Below are positions 55,399-58,974 of a DNA stretch of 58,974 bases, in pieces. The stretch is from Candidatus Omnitrophota bacterium (GTDB taxonomy: Bacteria > Omnitrophota > Gorgyraeia > Pluralincolimonadales > CAZUZR01), in NCBI GenBank assembly GCA_043821025.1, contig JBDRDF010000006.1:1-58974 (forward strand), read 5' to 3'. Each line of letters opens with the position of its first letter. The stretch's first letter is position 1. The notes below the pieces were generated by a model that saw only the letters and a list, made by a program, of their open reading frames with translations, searched no databases and had not been told where the DNA came from. The position numbers and the translations under genes are program-made.

Positions 55399-56483
55399 CT
55401 GAGTTTCAACGTAGATAAGCTTAAAAGTGCTAAAATCGCTCCAACGATCCAGAATCTAACTACAACTTTGTTTTCAGACCAACCCTTCATCTGAAAATGG
55501 TGATGGAGTGGCGCCATTAAAAATATGCGCCTCTTGAATAACCTGTATGATGCGACTTGTAAAATGACCGACACCGCCTCCGCAACGAAAACTCCCCCAA
55601 CCAATAGAAGAAGCAACTCCTTCTTTATAAGTATTGAGACCACCCCGATTGCACCACCCAACGCCAAAGAGCCACAATCGCCCATAAAAACTTCCGCAGG
55701 ATGGGAGTTAAACCATAAAAAACCCAAACTCGCACCTAAAATCGTTGCACAAAATATCGCAAGTTCCCCAGTTCCCGGGACGTAAATGATGTTCAAGTAA
55801 TCGCTGATCTTGAAATTTCCCGTTACATAACTTAAGCCCGTATATGTAAGAGCGATCATTATCGCGCAGCCGATCGCCAAGCCATCGAGCCCATCGGTTA
55901 AATTCATAGCATTCGATGCACCGACTATCACTAACATCGAGAAGACGATATACCATAATCCTAAATCTACGATTAAATTCTTAAAAAACGGCACGTCCAG
56001 ATTCAGTCCGATTTGGGGGTCGAAGTAAATATAAAGCCCTATCAATAGCCCTAGGATAACCTGACCCATCAGCTTAGATACAGCCGTCAACCCCTTCGAC
56101 CTGTTGCGCGACAACTTTATATAATCGTCTACGAAGCCGACGACGCAGAGCCAAGCTGTAGAAAATATCGCAAGCAGTACATATTTATTTGTCAAGTCCG
56201 CCCATAAAATCGTAGATAGAATAACCGCCAACACGATAAATAGCCCGCCCATCGTAGGGGTGCCTTCTTTATCTTTATGAAATTCGTAAATGCCCTGTGC
56301 TTCCTCCTTCCGAACAATTTGCCCAATCTTAAATTGTTTTAACCTTCCAATTATAAACGGACCTAACATAACGCTAATCAAAAATGCGGTTACCGCTCCG
56401 GCCGCAGCCCTAAACGTGATATACTTAAATACATTGAAGCCAAAGAAAATATCCCTTAATGGGTAAAAGAGGTGGTAAAGCAC
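55395..56483 (-). CDS. mraY: Phospho-N-acetylmuramoyl-pentapeptide transferase
   Basis: 362-aa polytopic protein with NLTDGLDGLA and HHHF motifs. Confidence 0.95.
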   Translation of the reverse strand: MLYHLFYPLRDIFFGFNVFKYITFRAAAGAVTAFLISVMLGPFIIGRLKQFKIGQIVRKEEAQGIYEFHKDKEGTPTMGGLFIVLAVILSTILWADLTNKYVLLAIFSTAWLCVVGFVDDYIKLSRNRSKGLTAVSKLMGQVILGLLIGLYIYFDPQIGLNLDVPFFKNLIVDLGLWYIVFSMLVIVGASNAMNLTDGLDGLAIGCAIMIALTYTGLSYVTGNFKISDYLNIIYVPGTGELAIFCATILGASLGFLWFNSHPAEVFMGDCGSLALGGAIGVVSILIKKELLLLLVGGVFVAEAVSVILQVASYRLFKRRIFLMAPLHHHFQMKGWSENKVVVRFWIVGAILALLSLSTLKLR

Positions 56484-57835
56484 TTTTTTATCTCCTCCAT
56501 CTTAATTGCGCGCGACCCCTTCACCAATACCAAATCGCCTGCTTTTAATATATCTTTGAGCGCCTTCGCGGCATCCGTGGAATTTTCAAAATGGAGGAGG
56601 GATAGACCGCCTTGACCCTCCTCCTGTGCGCCCTCCAAAATAAATCTGGAGAGCGGGCCCACACCCACCAAGATATCTACTTTAGCAACCGCTGCTTGTC
56701 TACCTACTTGCTTGTGAAAATTAGGACTGCCTTCTCCTAATTCTAGCATATCTCCAGCGATTATTATTTTCCTTTTGGAATCGTTTATCCCTTTAAGCGA
56801 CTCGATGGCGCTCGCCATCGAGATGGGATTTGAATTATAACAATCGAAGATGAACTTGATGCCGTCTATTACCACGTATTCCATCCTTAAATTTGGCAAC
56901 TTGAAATTCTCTAACGCTTCTTCCATCTCTTCGACTTTCACGCCATATAACGAGCCGACTGCTATGCTCGCCAGTGCATTATAAATATTGTGCCTCCCTA
57001 AAATTTTCAAATGGAATCTGTGCTTATCATTTAAGATGAACTCCATTGCGCCTTCGTACGCCTTTATTTTAGTAGCCCTGAAATTACAATTGGAGTTTAA
57101 GCCGAACGTCATAACTTCCGCACACAGTTCTTTCGCGCCCTTTACCAAATCTTCATCATCGCCGTCTACAATCGAGATGCCATCGCTTCCCAACCGCTTT
57201 AGAAGGCCTAACTTTTCCTCCCTTATCTTATCCACGGAATTAAAATACTCTAAATGCGAGGGACCTATATTTACGATTATGCCGCAACTGGGTTGGACGA
57301 TCTCAGCAAGCCTTGCGATTTCACCGAAATGACTCGTCCCTAATTCAACGACTGCGATTTCATAAACGTCGTTTAATTTTAAAAGGGCAAGCGGCACGCC
57401 GATGAAATTATTTTCCGTCCCCTCGTTCTTCAGCATGTTATATGCCTTCGTGAGGATAGACGCTATCATCTCTTTTGTGGTCGTCTTCCCGTTGGAGCCG
57501 GTGACCGCGATTATTGGAATATCAAATTTACGCCTATGAAAATTCGCGATATCTCCCAACGCCTTAACCGAATCACCAACTTTTATCAAGACGAAATCGT
57601 TACGATTTAGATTGGCGAAATCTTTGTCCAAGCCTACAACGGCACCGACTGCGCCTTTAGATTGCGCCTTTTGAGTAAAGTCATGTCCGTCGAAATTTTG
57701 ACCTTTAATAGCAACGAACAGTTCGCCTCGCTTTATTCTCCTGGTGTCCGTTGAAATTCCAATAAAGGTAACTTCGTCCTTGCCACTTAATAACAAACCT
57801 TTAGTTGCCTCTAAGATCGTCTTAACATCAAACAT
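56456..57835 (-). CDS. murF: UDP-N-acetylmuramoyl-tripeptide--D-alanyl-D-alanine ligase
   Basis: 459 aa with GSNGKTTT, in the dcw context. Confidence 0.92.
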   Translation of the reverse strand: MFDVKTILEATKGLLLSGKDEVTFIGISTDTRRIKRGELFVAIKGQNFDGHDFTQKAQSKGAVGAVVGLDKDFANLNRNDFVLIKVGDSVKALGDIANFHRRKFDIPIIAVTGSNGKTTTKEMIASILTKAYNMLKNEGTENNFIGVPLALLKLNDVYEIAVVELGTSHFGEIARLAEIVQPSCGIIVNIGPSHLEYFNSVDKIREEKLGLLKRLGSDGISIVDGDDEDLVKGAKELCAEVMTFGLNSNCNFRATKIKAYEGAMEFILNDKHRFHLKILGRHNIYNALASIAVGSLYGVKVEEMEEALENFKLPNLRMEYVVIDGIKFIFDCYNSNPISMASAIESLKGINDSKRKIIIAGDMLELGEGSPNFHKQVGRQAAVAKVDILVGVGPLSRFILEGAQEEGQGGLSLLHFENSTDAAKALKDILKAGDLVLVKGSRAIKMEEIKKCFTTSFTH

Positions 57836-58974
57836 AGGATCTTCCTTGTTACTTCCCTGTCGTCGAAGGGTACGGTTCTATCCTTAAAAACCTGATATGT
57901 CTCGTGACCTTTGCCTGCGATCAATACGCAATCCCCCTCTTTCGCCTTAGATAAAGCTTCGTTTATCGCTTGTTCCCTATCTAAAATTATCGTATGTTCT
58001 CTATTTTCAATTCCCCCTACTATCTCTTTAGCGATCGACTCTGGTTCTTCGCTCCTTGGATTATCGGATGTAACGATGATGTAATCTGTAAACTCGCTTG
58101 CCACCCTACCCATCCTTGGGCGTTTAGTCCTATCCCTCTCACCACCGCAACCGAATACGACGATTATTCGCTTCGATATAAGTGGCTTCAAAGTAAAGAG
58201 CACATTATAGAGGGCGTCATCTGTATGCGCGTAATCTACGAATACCTTGAAAGGCTGTCCACAATCTATCGCTTCAAGCCTGCCTGGAACCGAAACGATA
58301 TTCTCTACACCCACCTTGATTAAATCGAGCGGAAGTCCTAAGCGAACTCCAGCAGCTATTGAAGCGGTAATATTATAGATGTTGTGCAAACCTATCAACT
58401 TCGTACTGATATCCATCTTTCTATTTGGAGCCTCAACTACGAATTTAGTCCCGCCTAACGATAGATCTGTGCAAGTTGCAAGAAATTCCGCATCGGATTT
58501 AATCCCGTAAGTTGTAATTTTTCCCTTCGAGCGTTTAAGGAGTTTTCTACCCCATTCGTCATCTACGTTTATTACCGCATAAGAACCGTCATCCAGCCCC
58601 TCAAACAATTTTGCCTTAGCATCGAAATATTCATCGTATGTCCTATGGTAGTCGAGATGGTCGCCTGTTAAATTTGTGAATATCCCAACTGCGTACTTAA
58701 TCCCCTCAACCCTTCGCTGGTCAAGCGAATGCGACGAAACTTCCATCGCTACAAAATCGATTGAATTACGAACCATCTCGTTCATAAAATTATGCAATTC
58801 GATAGGCCCGGGTGTTGTATTTGTCGCAGGGATAATCCTTTTCCCAACTCTATAATTTATCGTTCCCACGATTCCAACACTGTGCCATGCGGTAGTTAGG
58901 ATAATATAAAACAAATATGAGATCGTCGTCTTGCCGGTGGTTCCGGTTATACCAATGCACTTTATATTATCGGA
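57811..58974 (-). CDS. murE: UDP-N-acetylmuramoyl-L-alanyl-D-glutamate--2,6-diaminopimelate (or L-Lys) ligase, 5' end outside the window
   Basis: The frame stays open to the window edge. Hand translation upstream of the ORF-track start gives ...CIGITGTTGKTTISY (Mur ligase P-loop), so the TTG start at 58914 is an artefact. Confidence 0.9.
   Translation of the reverse strand, partial: SDNIKCIGITGTTGKTTISYLFYIILTTAWHSVGIVGTINYRVGKRIIPATNTTPGPIELHNFMNEMVRNSIDFVAMEVSSHSLDQRRVEGIKYAVGIFTNLTGDHLDYHRTYDEYFDAKAKLFEGLDDGSYAVINVDDEWGRKLLKRSKGKITTYGIKSDAEFLATCTDLSLGGTKFVVEAPNRKMDISTKLIGLHNIYNITASIAAGVRLGLPLDLIKVGVENIVSVPGRLEAIDCGQPFKVFVDYAHTDDALYNVLFTLKPLISKRIIVVFGCGGERDRTKRPRMGRVASEFTDYIIVTSDNPRSEEPESIAKEIVGGIENREHTIILDREQAINEALSKAKEGDCVLIAGKGHETYQVFKDRTVPFDDREVTRKILCLMLRRS

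Noticed and set aside
57811-58914. The ORF-track start (TTG at 58914) for murE.
   Set aside because: The frame remains open to the window edge, and the upstream codons encode the Mur ligase P-loop (GITGTTGKTT). The gene is therefore simply truncated by the window.

Overview
The window holds about 56 credible genes, all on the minus strand, at roughly 40% GC. It looks like a diderm bacterium (secretin, Lgt/LspA lipoprotein pathway), probably from an uncultivated lineage, but I cannot assign taxonomy from sequence alone.

Reading in the direction of transcription (high to low coordinates):
- A tightly overlapping dcw cluster: murE (5' truncated by the window edge), murF, mraY, murD, ftsW, murG, murC, murB, ddl, ftsQ, ftsA.
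- A ylm-type block: yggS, proC, yggT, punA, ileS, dksA-like, lspA, lgt, rluD.
- A coiled-coil gene plus aroA.
- mreB, mreC, mreD, mrdA, rodA and a TIGR03960-type radical SAM gene.
- A roughly 25 kb type IV pilus (T4P) block with its own promoter: a divergent GGDEF protein, pilT, a stand-alone MshEN-like domain, two pilB paralogs, pilC, two tandem pilins, five genes for polyprenyl-phosphate-sugar-type glycosylation, a third pilin, three minor pilins and pilMNOPQ.
- DUF2344, rng and a lipoprotein gene.

Most notable observations:
- An interspersed, structured 130-145 nt repeat family sits in the only large gaps of otherwise packed operons. The core is conserved, while the closing stems differ between copies but stay complementary.
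- A glycosylation cluster is embedded between pilin paralogs, with two unannotated pilin gene relics nearby.
- ftsA is followed directly by yggS with no ftsZ, and the FtsA ATP-binding motifs look degenerate.
- The T4P block separates a radical SAM / DUF2344 pair that is normally adjacent or fused.
- c-di-GMP-related modules sit at the head of the pilus operon.
- A hairpin sequesters the ribosome-binding site (SD) of the gene at the left edge.

No rRNA, tRNA, CRISPR array, transposase or integrase was seen.
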